This document shows positions 8,175-18,478 of a stretch of DNA of 64,000 nt, piece by piece. A program made the translations under genes and the position numbers. The notes under the pieces are model-generated. The model worked only from the letters and a program-made list of their open reading frames with translations, ran no database searches and was not told the DNA's origin. The stretch is taken from assembly GCA_965225945.1 (NCBI GenBank), contig CBDDBZ010000027.1:64001-128000 (forward strand). The letters run 5' to 3'. Position 1 is the first letter of the stretch, and every line of letters starts with the position of its first letter. Source of the DNA: Alphaproteobacteria bacterium. GTDB taxonomy: Bacteria > Pseudomonadota > Alphaproteobacteria > GCA-2731375.

Positions 8175-8204
8175 GACGGGCGGGGTCGCCCCCACCCGCC
8201 CGTC
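8175..8204 (-). terminator. GC-rich hairpin downstream of the cyclase-family gene
   Basis: GACGGGCGGG...CCCGCCCGTC stem about 30 bp past the stop codon; no clear U-tract. Confidence 0.4.
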
Positions 8205-8233
8205 TACGCACGAAGAGTTGACGCGTCGGCCGC

Positions 8234-9325
8234 TTACCAGATCGCCACCGGCGACCCGATGGAGCCCGTGGCGCCGGCGATCGGCACCGGCGTATAGACG
8301 TAGAGGAACAAGTAGACACCGGCATCGGCCAGGGCCTTCAGCTTCAGGTTCTCCTGATTGACGATGCCGTGGCGGGTCTGCAGGTGGTTGTGGACGCAGA
8401 AGACGCAGCCGGGGGCCACTTCATTGGGTGTGTCCTTGCCCGCCACCGGATCCGTCGCCGGCCAAGTATCGCCGCCGGTGACGCCCGCCTTCACCTCCTC
8501 GGCGATCCAGCGCGCCACGTCGAAGCCGATTCCCGGAGCGCCGTTGTTGAACTTGGCGTTGTCCTTGATCCAGTACTTCTCCCAGCCGTAGCGGAAGATG
8601 ATGGCGTCGCCCTCCATGAACTCGAAGTTCTCCATGCCTTGGCGCTTCAAGGCCTTCTTGACGTCGGCCATGGTCGCGACCTGGCCCGCTTCCATCGACT
8701 CGACGCCGCGCGCGCCCGCGAAGTCGATCAGGATGGCGCGGGCGACGATCGGGTGCAGCTTCTCGGTGCCGAGCTTCCTGAGCCCGTAGGCACTGCCCAT
8801 CTCGGCCGCGGTGAAGCCGTTGTACCAGCGCATGTTGTCGAGGTCGCCCGGCCCGCCGATCGCCACGCCGATATGACCGAGGCCGTCGAACTGCGTCCCG
8901 ACCTGGCCGATCTCGGTCGCCAGGAACTCGTCGTTGTACATCAGCTTGGAGGCGCCGAACGGACCGCCCGTGGGCGTCCCCGGAATTCGCAGGCTGAACT
9001 TGCGCTTGCCGAAGAGCGGCATGTCATCGGTATAGTCGTGACCGATTTTCATGGACTTGCCCTGCTTGACCACCGACATGGCGCGCAGCACCACCGCCGG
9101 CTTCGTGTACCAGTTGGTCGAGCCGGCCTCGTCGCCCGCGCCCCAGAGCGTGTTCGGCCACCATTTGGAGCCGAGCGGCGTCGCCATCGCACTGCCGTCG
9201 ACCCAGGGCTGGCCGGCGCAGGCCTTCCAGTTCTTGTCGCTGCATTCCGCCGCGAGCGCGCTACCGCCCGTGGCCAGGGCAAAACTCATGAGGCTCGCAG
9301 CCGCGAGCATGATTCGAGATTTCAC
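8234..9325 (-). CDS. Secreted cyclase-family (kynurenine formamidase-like) metal hydrolase
   Basis: Signal peptide; GQVGTQFDGLGH motif; VHNHL...GIVNQENL; GATGSIGSPVAI C-terminus. Confidence 0.88.
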   Translation of the reverse strand: MKSRIMLAAASLMSFALATGGSALAAECSDKNWKACAGQPWVDGSAMATPLGSKWWPNTLWGAGDEAGSTNWYTKPAVVLRAMSVVKQGKSMKIGHDYTDDMPLFGKRKFSLRIPGTPTGGPFGASKLMYNDEFLATEIGQVGTQFDGLGHIGVAIGGPGDLDNMRWYNGFTAAEMGSAYGLRKLGTEKLHPIVARAILIDFAGARGVESMEAGQVATMADVKKALKRQGMENFEFMEGDAIIFRYGWEKYWIKDNAKFNNGAPGIGFDVARWIAEEVKAGVTGGDTWPATDPVAGKDTPNEVAPGCVFCVHNHLQTRHGIVNQENLKLKALADAGVYLFLYVYTPVPIAGATGSIGSPVAIW

Positions 9326-9454
9326 TGGTTTCCTCCCTCATGTCAGTGATCGGGCCGGTCATACGGCCCACGACAGAAAGCATATCCGAAATACGATAGG
9401 TCTCAGATCCGCAGCCCCGGGCGGCCCGGCAATTGGCTTCGAGGCCGAAGCGTT

Positions 9455-10447
9455 CTAAAGCGTGCGGACGCGGACCTCCGCGTCGTCGTCCGCGACGAGG
9501 CGATTGCGCAGCGGGCGCCCGAAGAGATCCGCCTCGATCTCGAAGACGTCGCCCACGCGGGTCTCGACGCCGTCCGCCGTACTGATCGCCGAAGCGCCGA
9601 AGAAGTGCACATGGACGTCGCCGGGCCGGCGGAAGTTGGCGTATTTGAAGTGGTGATGCTCCAGGTTCGCGAGGCTGTGGGACATGTTCGCCTCGCCCGA
9701 GAAAAATGGCTTCTCCCAGACGACCTCGTTGCCGCGCCGGATCCGGACCGTGCCGCGAACGTCGTCCGGCAGCTCGCCGATCAGCAACTCGGGGCCGTAG
9801 GCGCACTGGCGCAGCTTCGAATGCGCCAGGTAGAGATAGTTTTGCCGCTCCATCACGTGATCGGTGAATTCGTTGCCGAGGGCATAGCCGACACGACGGG
9901 GCGTGCCGTCCGGCGCGATGACGTAGAGACCGGCGATCTCGGCCTCGTCGCCCCCGTCGAGCGCGAAGGACGGCAGCGCCAAGCCCGCTTCCGGCGCCAC
10001 CACGCAAGTGCCGTCGCCCTTGTAGAACCACTCCGGCTGCACGCCGCTCGTCCCCGGCGCGGGCTTGCCGCCTTCCAGCCCCGACTTGAACAACTTCATC
10101 GAGTCGGTGAGCGTCTCTTCCGCCTCGCTCAGCCTCGCGTGCATCTTATCGCGCGCATCGGCGCTGCCGAGGTGCGTCAGGCCGGTGCCGGTGACGATGC
10201 AGTGCGCGGGATCGGGATGATCGATCGGCGGCAGAATGCGTCCCTCGGAAATCACCTGGTCGAGATGCTCGCTCTCGCCCGTGAGGCGGGAGGTCACGAG
10301 CTGCGTGAGCGGCGCGGCGCTCTCCAACGCCAAACCCACCAGCTCGTAGACCGTCTCGACGCCGCCCAGGATCTCCACCGGCCCGCCCTCGCCGACCATG
10401 GCGACGCGGCGTGCCCCCTCGGGGTCGCGAAATTGAACCAGTCGCAT
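9455..10447 (-). CDS. AraD1/GguC-type fumarylacetoacetate hydrolase-family protein
   Basis: GTGLTHLGSA, QPEWFYKGDG, NYLYLAHSKLR, NLEHHHFKY, GDVHVHFFG. Confidence 0.9.
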   Translation of the reverse strand: MRLVQFRDPEGARRVAMVGEGGPVEILGGVETVYELVGLALESAAPLTQLVTSRLTGESEHLDQVISEGRILPPIDHPDPAHCIVTGTGLTHLGSADARDKMHARLSEAEETLTDSMKLFKSGLEGGKPAPGTSGVQPEWFYKGDGTCVVAPEAGLALPSFALDGGDEAEIAGLYVIAPDGTPRRVGYALGNEFTDHVMERQNYLYLAHSKLRQCAYGPELLIGELPDDVRGTVRIRRGNEVVWEKPFFSGEANMSHSLANLEHHHFKYANFRRPGDVHVHFFGASAISTADGVETRVGDVFEIEADLFGRPLRNRLVADDDAEVRVRTL

Positions 10448-10474
10448 CCTCGTTCTCCCTCGAACGGTAAGCCT

Positions 10475-11602
10475 TCAGGTCGGCTTCGCCGAGGGATAGG
10501 CGTCGATCCCCAGGTCGTCGCGAAGCTGGACCGATTGCTCGGCCTTGTAGGTCTCCAGCGGTATTCCGGTGGCATCCGCGATCCGCACCACCGCGTTGAA
10601 GATCGCCACCACACCGGCCGCGTCGATCGCCGCCTCGGCGCCGAGTTCCGCGACGATCCGCGCCCGCGCCTCGGCCAGCCTACCACCGCCCTCGAAGAAG
10701 GCGTCGGCGAAGTCGATCAGCGCCTCGGCACTACCCACCCGGCTCTCCGCCAGACCCTCGCCCAGGATGTTGGCGAGCTCCGGCACCGCGCCACCGTGTT
10801 CGCCGCTCGCACGGAGCAGCACCGCATGGCTGGTGGCTCAGTAGAAGCACTGGTTGATCACCGAGACGCGGGCCGCCAGCAGCTCGATCTGGGCGTGCGT
10901 CAGATCGCGATACTCGCGGCCGAAGTCGCGCAAGCCCGCGTCGGGCAGGTAGTGGATCGCGTCGAGATCGAAGAAGCCCTGGACCTCCGCCGGCACCAGG
11001 CTCAACGCGCGGTGAATATTGGCCCCGCCGAGACCTGCATAGAGCTCGCTCTCCGCCTCGCCGACAGCCTCCGGCGCCACCGTCGGCACCCAGGCGAGAT
11101 CGCTCATCGCACCCGCCGGTCGCACGCGCGACGGCGTGCCGGGGCCCGGTTGCGGGAGGGCATGGGGCGGCAGGTCGAGCGCCTCGGCGAAACTGTCGAC
11201 GGCGATCAGCGTCGCGACGATGCCGACCGTCTCGACGAATTCGCCGTCCGAGACGCCCTCGGACAAGATCCCTTCCAACCAGCCTCGGGTAAGACGGCTC
11301 GCGTCGGTCGATACCCGATGGATCACGTCCACCAAGGGGAGCGGCAGATCACCCAGGCATTCGTGCGCGCCCGATTCCGCCGTCGGCGACACTGCCGCCT
11401 TGCGCCGGCGGCAGAGGCCGCAGGCACGGGCCTGGCGCGCTTCGGCGGCGATCGCCACGCGCGCGGCTCCATCCCACCAGGTACCGGGGGCGGCCAGCCG
11501 CGCCCAGGCGCGTTCGTGCGCCGCGACGATTTCGTCGCGAACGACGAGGGGCGAGGCTTCATAGGAGATTTCGTCGGCCACCGGCGCCAGCTCCGATTTC
11601 AA
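10475..11602 (-). CDS. AhpD/alkylhydroperoxidase-related selenoprotein (in-frame UGA at 10838-10840 read as Sec)
   Basis: ...QIELLAARVSVINQ-CFY-TGA-ATSHAVLLRASG continues in frame into ORF 10475-10822. This gives CxxU-xxx-H, matching AhpD CxxCxxxH, and a hairpin follows the UGA. Confidence 0.85.
10790..10837 (-). promoter_or_regulatory. Putative bacterial SECIS element
   Basis: On the minus strand after UGA: basal GCCACC/GGTGGC pairing and apical stem GCTGCTC-[CGTGC]-GAGCGGC, with the loop about 24 nt from UGA and G at loop position 2. Confidence 0.65.
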
Positions 11603-11733
11603 CTACCTCGCCCACGTTAATGGGCCGAACCCGGCGCTTCAACGGCCTTGCGCCTGCCGCCACCCTCGGGTGATCTTGGCGCGCGGGGCGCTACGTGCCA
11701 CAGTCACTTGGATTCGCGGGAGGAAGATCGAGC

Positions 11734-12345
11734 GTGCCCGATATTGGTGGTCTTCGCGGCTTCGTGGGCGAAATGACGCGACTGGTGGAACGCGTCGAGG
11801 ACGAGGCCGGGGTGCTGGAAGCGGCGGGCGGGCTGCTGCGCGATTTGGTCGCCCGCGACGACTGGCTGCCCGACGCCTTCGCCACGCCGGATCCCGACGT
11901 TTACCAGCAGTATCTGTTGCATTGCGACCCGCTGGAGCGCTTCTCGGTGGTGAGCTTCGTCTGGGGTCCCGGCCAGGGCACGCCGGTGCACGATCACATG
12001 GTCTGGGGACTGATCGGCATGCTGCGGGGCGAGGAGGCCTGCCGCGATTTCGCCGTGCCGGCGGGAGAGGCCGATATGGAGATCACCTCCGAGAGCCGAC
12101 TCCACCCCGGCGACGTCGCGGCCGTGTCGCCCCGGATCGGCGATATCCATCAGGTCTTCAACGGCCTGTCGGAGGCGCCCTCGATCAGCATTCACGTTTA
12201 CGGCGCCAACATCGGCGCGGTGAACCGGCATATCTACGATGCCGCCACCGGCCGGACCCGGCCCTTCGTCTCCGGCTACGTCAACGAGACCACCCCCAAC
12301 CTCTGGGATCGCTCGGTGGAAGTCCGCAAAGCCACGGCGGGGTAA
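11734..12345 (+). CDS. Cysteine dioxygenase-family cupin
   Basis: YQQYLLHCDPLERFSVVSFVWGPGQGTPVHDHMVWG...GDIHQV...SISIHVYG; GGAGG RBS before GTG 11734. Confidence 0.9.
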   Translation: MPDIGGLRGFVGEMTRLVERVEDEAGVLEAAGGLLRDLVARDDWLPDAFATPDPDVYQQYLLHCDPLERFSVVSFVWGPGQGTPVHDHMVWGLIGMLRGEEACRDFAVPAGEADMEITSESRLHPGDVAAVSPRIGDIHQVFNGLSEAPSISIHVYGANIGAVNRHIYDAATGRTRPFVSGYVNETTPNLWDRSVEVRKATAG

Positions 12346-12388
12346 ACGGTCATTGAGCCATTACACTGATTTCCGGCATAATACGGTC

Positions 12389-12616
12389 ATGGCAGAGGCA
12401 ACAAATCGACCTTTGACTCCCGATGAAGCTACCGAGGTGGCGTCTGCGGAGCCGAGTGCCGATGTACAGGCATGGCAAGATGCCAAGGTACGCGCCGCCA
12501 TAAAGGCCGCCGCTGCCGGGAAATTCGCCGATAACAAGGACCTGCGCCGGGTGATCCGGAAATACGTCCCGGATGGATGCAATCCGCTGGACGGAAAACG
12601 CACTTCAGGACCTTGA
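12389..12616 (+). CDS. Putative antitoxin of a RelE/ParE pair
   Basis: Short ORF (AWQDAKVRAAIKAAAAGKFA) immediately upstream of and overlapping the toxin. Confidence 0.65.
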   Translation: MAEATNRPLTPDEATEVASAEPSADVQAWQDAKVRAAIKAAAAGKFADNKDLRRVIRKYVPDGCNPLDGKRTSGP

Positions 12617-12857
12617 AGACATCGGCGCATTTATCGCTCGAGACAATCCACAGGCCGCGACGAACACCGTTCGTCGAATAGTCGAGGCCGTGTCCGGTCT
12701 GAGCTTCTTTCCCCGTATCGGACGCCCGGGGCGCAACGACGATACCCGGGAATTGATCATCGGCGGCACCCCCTACATCGCCGTATATCGTCTGCGAGAG
12801 CACATCGAAATCCTGTCGATCTACCACGGCGCTCGGATGTGGCCCGAAACACTCTGA
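12573..12857 (+). CDS. RelE/ParE-family type II toxin
   Basis: IRWTENALQDLEDIGAFIARDNPQAA...FPRIGRPG...TRELI...PYIAVYR...IEILSIYHGAR. Confidence 0.92.
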   Translation: MDAIRWTENALQDLEDIGAFIARDNPQAATNTVRRIVEAVSGLSFFPRIGRPGRNDDTRELIIGGTPYIAVYRLREHIEILSIYHGARMWPETL

Positions 12858-12936
12858 TCGAAGTCTTTTGGCTGTCGCGGTCTCGCCACGGCGCGAAGGA
12901 ATGCGGAACGGGAGTCGCCTGTTAGGGCGGTTGGAA

Positions 12937-15234
12937 TTACTTCGTCTCGGCAAAGGAGACGCCGTCCCAGTCCTCACCCGGCGGGTTCGCCTCGTGGAGT
13001 TCGATGCGCTCGTCATAGAGGTCGTAAAGCATGGCGAGGTCGGGCGCGAGCTCGCGGCAACTGGCGATCCATTGCCGGGCCCGGCCCCATTGCCGCGCCC
13101 GATAGGCGGTGAGCATGCGGGTCTGCGCCGCGGCGAGGGCACGGAACGCCTCGCTCTCCGCCATCGCCTTGTCGCCCATCAGGCTGAACACCCGGGTGGC
13201 TTCGCTGCGGCCCTTGACGGCGATCAGGTCGAGCTCCAGGGCGGCAAACTCGGGCACCACCGCCCGGGTGTCCTCGCCGATGATGATCCGCGCGCCATAG
13301 GTCTTCGACAGACCTTCCAAGCGAGAGGCCAGGTTCACCGAATCGCCCAGCACCGAATAGTCGAAACGCTGGTCCGAGCCCATGTTGCCGACGATGCACT
13401 CGCCGGTGTTGATGCCGATGCCGATGTCGAGCGGCTTCGCCTCGCGCCCCGCCGCCGCCACCTCCGCCACCAGCTTCTGGTTCAGCGCCGCGAGTTCGGC
13501 CTCCATGCCGAAGGCCGCCTGGCAGGCGTGGCGGGCATGCTCCGGATCGACCAAGGGGGCGTTCCAGAAGGCCATGATGCAATCGCCCATGAATTTGTCG
13601 ACGGTGCCGCTGCGAGCCTGAATGGTCTCGGTCATCGGCGTCAGGAAACTGTTGATCAGTTTCACCAGCCCCCCGGGGTCGTCGCGGAACTCTTCCGAAA
13701 TCGAGGTGAAGCCGCGCACGTCGCTGAAGAGGAACGTCATCTCCTTGTGTTCGCCGCCCAGCTTCAGGAGATCCGGCTGGTCGGCGAGCTTGTTCACCAG
13801 ATCCCTCGACAGATATTGCCCCATCGCACCCTCGATGAAGACCCGCTGTTTCTCCTCCGAGACGTGGCTGGCATAGACCAGATAGGTGTAGACGACGATG
13901 GCCATGGCCACGGGATAGGAAGGATCGAGCAACAGCAACTCGCTCCGCAGGAGGTAGAGCGCGCCGACGATCAAGCCGCCCGCCACGGTCAACAACGCCA
14001 CCAAGGTCAGGCGCGCGCCCACGACGCCGAGGGCCAGGATCAGCAACAGGCCCACGAGCGTCGTCGCCAGCAGCTCGATCGCGACGGCGACCTGAGGTCG
14101 CACGAGAAGGGTCTTGCGGATCGCGTTCTCGATCAGATGCGCATGGATCTCGACTCCGGGGACACTCGCCTCCAGGGACGTCGAGCGAATGTCCTGGAGG
14201 CCCTGGGCCGTGGCGCCGACCAAGACCATTCGACCCGCGATGCTTTCAGGCGCCACCCGATCGGCCAGGATGTCGCTGATCGAGAGATAACGGCTCTCGT
14301 TTTTGCGCAGTGCGTTCAGCCACATCCGGCCCTTTCGGTCGACCGGAATCTGGACGCCTTGAAGCACCACGGAGGTCGGTCCGGCGTCATTGGACTTGAT
14401 GGCGATCCCGGATTGGCCGGTCGCGACGCGCAACATCTCGATGCTGAGCGCGGGCACGATGGCGTCGTGGCCCGCCAGATAAACGGCCGGCACCCGGCGC
14501 ACGATGCTGTCGTGATCCACTTCCGGAATCAGCACGCCGATCCCCTTGGCCGATTTGCCGAGCTCCGGAAGATTCTCGATCAACTCGCCGATATAGCGGA
14601 TCTTCGGTCGCGGATTCGGCCCGATCGTGGCAATGGCCAGTTTCTCCAGAACCTTGTTCTCTCCGTCCCCGACAGCGCCGCCGATTTCCGCGAATAGCCC
14701 CAACACCACCGGCTGGCGGGAAATGACCCGGGCAAAGACGCTGTCGTTCGAGGGCAATTTGCGCAGCTCTTCGACCGCCTTCTTTCCGAGCCCGGGCGTG
14801 CGTTCGGCCAGGTAGCCCGGCGAGGTGCGATCCGGTTCGGCGAACACGACGTCGAAGCCGATCGCGATCGCGCCCATGCGACGCAGCTTGACGATCAATT
14901 GTGCCAAGGTCCTTCGGGACCACGGCCATTGACCGAGTTCAGCCAGGCTCTTTTCGTCGATCGCGGCGACCATCACCAATGGGGGCTTGGTGTTCGCCGG
15001 CAGCATCTGTTGCATCAGATCGAAGGTCTTGTGCCGCAGGACTTCGATCGGAGCCGGATCGGCAACTCTGATGGCGACGAAGAGGACGACCAGTATCGCC
15101 GCCACCCCTCGGCCCTTGCCCCAGACGGCGCCCCAGACCGCGCGTCCGGCCGCCTCGATCCGCTCGCGCCAAGGCCCCGGGATCGCGCCCTCCATCGCGA
15201 CGTCGGCCGGTGTCGAGGCTATTTCGCCGTGCAT
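12937..15234 (-). CDS. CHASE2-domain class III adenylate/guanylate cyclase
   Basis: IDEKSLAELGQWPWSR and PGVEIHA (CHASE2); three TM segments; FSDVRGFT, DKFMGDCIMAFWNAP, GDSVNLASRLE. Confidence 0.95.
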   Translation of the reverse strand: MHGEIASTPADVAMEGAIPGPWRERIEAAGRAVWGAVWGKGRGVAAILVVLFVAIRVADPAPIEVLRHKTFDLMQQMLPANTKPPLVMVAAIDEKSLAELGQWPWSRRTLAQLIVKLRRMGAIAIGFDVVFAEPDRTSPGYLAERTPGLGKKAVEELRKLPSNDSVFARVISRQPVVLGLFAEIGGAVGDGENKVLEKLAIATIGPNPRPKIRYIGELIENLPELGKSAKGIGVLIPEVDHDSIVRRVPAVYLAGHDAIVPALSIEMLRVATGQSGIAIKSNDAGPTSVVLQGVQIPVDRKGRMWLNALRKNESRYLSISDILADRVAPESIAGRMVLVGATAQGLQDIRSTSLEASVPGVEIHAHLIENAIRKTLLVRPQVAVAIELLATTLVGLLLILALGVVGARLTLVALLTVAGGLIVGALYLLRSELLLLDPSYPVAMAIVVYTYLVYASHVSEEKQRVFIEGAMGQYLSRDLVNKLADQPDLLKLGGEHKEMTFLFSDVRGFTSISEEFRDDPGGLVKLINSFLTPMTETIQARSGTVDKFMGDCIMAFWNAPLVDPEHARHACQAAFGMEAELAALNQKLVAEVAAAGREAKPLDIGIGINTGECIVGNMGSDQRFDYSVLGDSVNLASRLEGLSKTYGARIIIGEDTRAVVPEFAALELDLIAVKGRSEATRVFSLMGDKAMAESEAFRALAAAQTRMLTAYRARQWGRARQWIASCRELAPDLAMLYDLYDERIELHEANPPGEDWDGVSFAETK

Positions 15235-15238
15235 GGTC

Positions 15239-16528
15239 TCACCGCTCGCGGAACGACTCGTGCCTCAGCTTCAGCACGGGCCTCAACAGATATTCTATGA
15301 CGGTCTTGCTTCCGGTGTGAATGTCGATGCTCGCCTGCATGCCCGGGACGATGGGGAGCGAACCCTCCTCCTCGCCCAGATAGGCCTTCTCCGTTTCGGC
15401 GACGACGCGAAAATAGGGCTGCCCGTTGGCGTCGGAATTGGCGTCCGCCGCGATATGCGCGACCACCCCCTCCAGGCCGCCATAGCGGACGAAGTCGTAG
15501 GACGTCACCTTGACCACGACCCGCTGGCCTTCCTCGACATAGCCGCGATCGATCGGATTGAGGCGCGCCACGATCACCAGCTTCTCGTGGGTCGGCACGA
15601 TTTCCATGATCGGCTCGCCCGGCCGCACCACGCCGCCGATGGTGTGATAGCGGAGGTTCTTGACGATGCCATCGATCGGACTGGTGATTTGGGTGCGGTC
15701 GGCCTGCTCCGTCGCCTTGATCATCAGCTCGCGGATGCGGGCGATCTCGCCCTCGACCTCGCGAATTTCGTCGCTCGCCTGGCGCTTGAACTTGCGGTCG
15801 ATCTCGCGCTCCCGCTCACGCGCCTCGGCGAGTGCCGCCCGTGCCCTCGGGATGGTAGCGTCGAGCGCCTCCAGCTTCTTCCCCAAGGCCTCGACCTCGC
15901 GGGTGAGCTGGACGTGCTCCATGCGCGAGGTCAGGCCCTTCTCCAGAAGCACTTGCGACATCTGAAAGCGTTCGCGGGAATAGCCGAGATCCACGGTCAC
16001 GGCTTGGCGATGGGTCCCTAGCTCGCGGATGTCGAGCTGGCGCTGAAGAATCCTCTCTTTCAGGACGGCGAGCGCGCTCTGCTGCTCGCGTCGCCCGGAT
16101 TCGAACTGCTCACGCTCACGCCGCAGCAGATTAGGCCGGCGCGCCCTCTCTTCCGCCGGAAACTCGGGTTCGGTGCCGCTGACCTCGCCATCGAGCCGGG
16201 CCCGCGCCAGGACCAAGCCGTCGAGCCGGACCTGCAATTCCTCCCGGTTGATCTGGTTGGGCGACAGGTTGAGCCGGACCAGGGGCTGACCGACCGTCAC
16301 CTTGTCGCCATCGGCCACTTCGATCGCCGCGACGATGCCGCCCTCGAGGTGTTGGATGACCTTGATCTGCCCCCTGGGCACGACCTCGCCGTCGGCGATC
16401 GCCACTTCCTCCAGCTGGGTGAAGTGCGCCCAGCCGACGGCGCAGACGATCAAAGTGATGACGATCCAGGCGGCCCAGCGCCAGGTCGGCAGGGGATGCT
16501 TTCGGACCATGCCGTCGAGTTCGCTCAT
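15239..16528 (-). CDS. HlyD-family type I secretion membrane fusion protein
   Basis: IKVIQHLEGGIV, long coiled coil, ITSPIDGIV, YDFVRYGGLEG, PGMQASIDIHTG...EYLLRP. Confidence 0.95.
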   Translation of the reverse strand: MSELDGMVRKHPLPTWRWAAWIVITLIVCAVGWAHFTQLEEVAIADGEVVPRGQIKVIQHLEGGIVAAIEVADGDKVTVGQPLVRLNLSPNQINREELQVRLDGLVLARARLDGEVSGTEPEFPAEERARRPNLLRREREQFESGRREQQSALAVLKERILQRQLDIRELGTHRQAVTVDLGYSRERFQMSQVLLEKGLTSRMEHVQLTREVEALGKKLEALDATIPRARAALAEAREREREIDRKFKRQASDEIREVEGEIARIRELMIKATEQADRTQITSPIDGIVKNLRYHTIGGVVRPGEPIMEIVPTHEKLVIVARLNPIDRGYVEEGQRVVVKVTSYDFVRYGGLEGVVAHIAADANSDANGQPYFRVVAETEKAYLGEEEGSLPIVPGMQASIDIHTGSKTVIEYLLRPVLKLRHESFRER

Positions 16529-18247
16529 GCGCCCGTGTTCAGGCGGACGGGGCCGCCCTCTCCTCCCACCAGTTCCGGCACCACCTCATGCGGCGCGCCG
16601 ACGCGGGCGATGCGCCCGCGATCCAGCACCACGACCATGCGACAGGCGGCGAGCAGGCTCGGGCTGTGGGTGACGACCACGACCATGTGATCGCCCGCCA
16701 GCGCGCTCAAGGCCTGGGTCAACTCCTGCTCCCCCTGATGGTCGAGATTGCTCGACGGCTCGTCCATCAGCACCACGGGCGGATCCTTGAGCAGCGCCCG
16801 CGCGATCGCGATCCGCTGCCGGAACCCGCCGGGGAGCCGCATGCCGCCCTCGCCCACGTCGCAGCCATAGCCCTCGGCCAGATCGATGACGCGGCGGTGC
16901 AGACCCACCAGTTCCGAGACGCGGAGCACGTCGGCGTCCGAGGCTTGCGGCGCGCCGGCGATCAAATTGTCCCGGATCGTGCCGCCGAACAGCACGCATT
17001 CCTGCGGCACATAGCCGATCCAACCGGCGATCTCCGGACGCGAGAACTGCGCGATGTCGGCGCCGTCCAGCAGCACCCACCCCTTATCGGGCGGGTAGAG
17101 ACTCTGCATCACCTTCAGTAGCGTGGTTTTTCCGCTGCCGTTGGCGCCGACGATGCCCAGCATGCCCGGCGGCTTGATCTGCGCTCGCAGCCCTTCCAGT
17201 GCCGGCGTCTCGCTGCCCGGATAGGTAAAGCCGACGTTTTCCAGCGTCAGCTCGCCCCGGGGCCGCTCCATCTCGATCCTGGCCCGGGTCGCCGGCCAGC
17301 GCGAACACCTCGCCCAGCCGCTCGATCGCCTGGCGATAGATCGCATAGCCGCGCCAGGAGGAGACGAGCTGGTTGAAGGGAGCGGCGATCCGCCCGATCA
17401 GGATATTGGCGGCGATCAGGGAGCCGATGGTCAACTGCTGGTCGATGATCGCGATCGCGCCGAAGGTGGTGACGGCGACGGTGGTGCCGACGGTGGTCAC
17501 GGCGGCGATGTTGACGTAGCTGTCGGTGTGGCTGCCGCGCTGCAGCGATCGTTCGATGGTACTGGCGTGATGGTGCTCCCACCGGGGCCGCAGCCAGTCA
17601 TCGAGGGCGAGTGCCTTTACCGTCGCGCGCCCCGCCACGACCTCGCCGATCAACCGCTCGCGGGCGAAGGCGGCCTGGCGCTCCTCGCCACTCGTGCGAT
17701 TCAGCACCTGACCGGAGCGGACCGCCAGCAGCAGGAAGATGGGCAGCGCCGCCACCATCACCCAGGCCACCGGCTCGGCGATGATGAAGACCAGCAATAT
17801 GAACAGGGCGGCGAAGGGAAGGTCGATCACCAACACCGCGGAAGAGCCGGAGAGCGTGTTGCGCACCACCTCCAGATCGCGGAACAGCGCCTGCCAGAAG
17901 GTGCTCGGCCGCCGCTCCAACTCGGCGAGCGGCAGGGTCACGAGCTTATCGAACAGCCGGCGGCCGATCACCGCGTCGATGTGGAGCGCCGCCTTCTGCA
18001 GCATGCGCGCGCGCGATTGGCGCAGGACCAGATCGAAGGCCAGCACGATGATCATGCCGACGACGAGGCCCTTCAGCGTGCTGAGGCCGGCATAGAAGAC
18101 GACGCGGTCATAGACCTGCAGCACGAAGATCGGCGTCGCCAAGGCGAAGCAGTTGACGAAGAAGGACATGATCGCGACTTCGCGATAGACGGGACGAACC
18201 GGCTTCAATATGGCGCGCAACCAGCGCCGGTCAGCCGCCTTGGTCAT
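16525..18247 (-). pseudogene. Type I secretion ABC transporter (permease plus ATPase), frameshifted near 17280-17295
   Basis: The TM half (FVLQVYDRVV) is in one frame and the NBD (GANGSGKTT, LPGGFRQR, LMDEPSSNLD) in another. Confidence 0.85.
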
Positions 18248-18478
18248 GCGGGAAGCACTCCTGTCGACCCTCTCGCCGCATTCGCGCCGCCCGCGCAAAC
18301 GATCCGGACGTCCGACGGCATGATGTTATCGCCGTTGCGTCCCCTTCCCGTCAAGCCAGGGAAGGGCTGAATGTTCTCGTTATGTCCGCATCGAATGTGT
18401 AGGCTGATCCCATCGAAGCGATGGACGCACAGCCTCGCGGTACACGGCCGACGACGGACTTGGCGGTATTTTGCCTAG

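Noticed and set aside
18471-18478. IS1595 target TTGCCTAG resembling the cassette end CTTGCCTAT
   Set aside because: Only 7 bp match and no other cassette sequence is nearby; likely chance.
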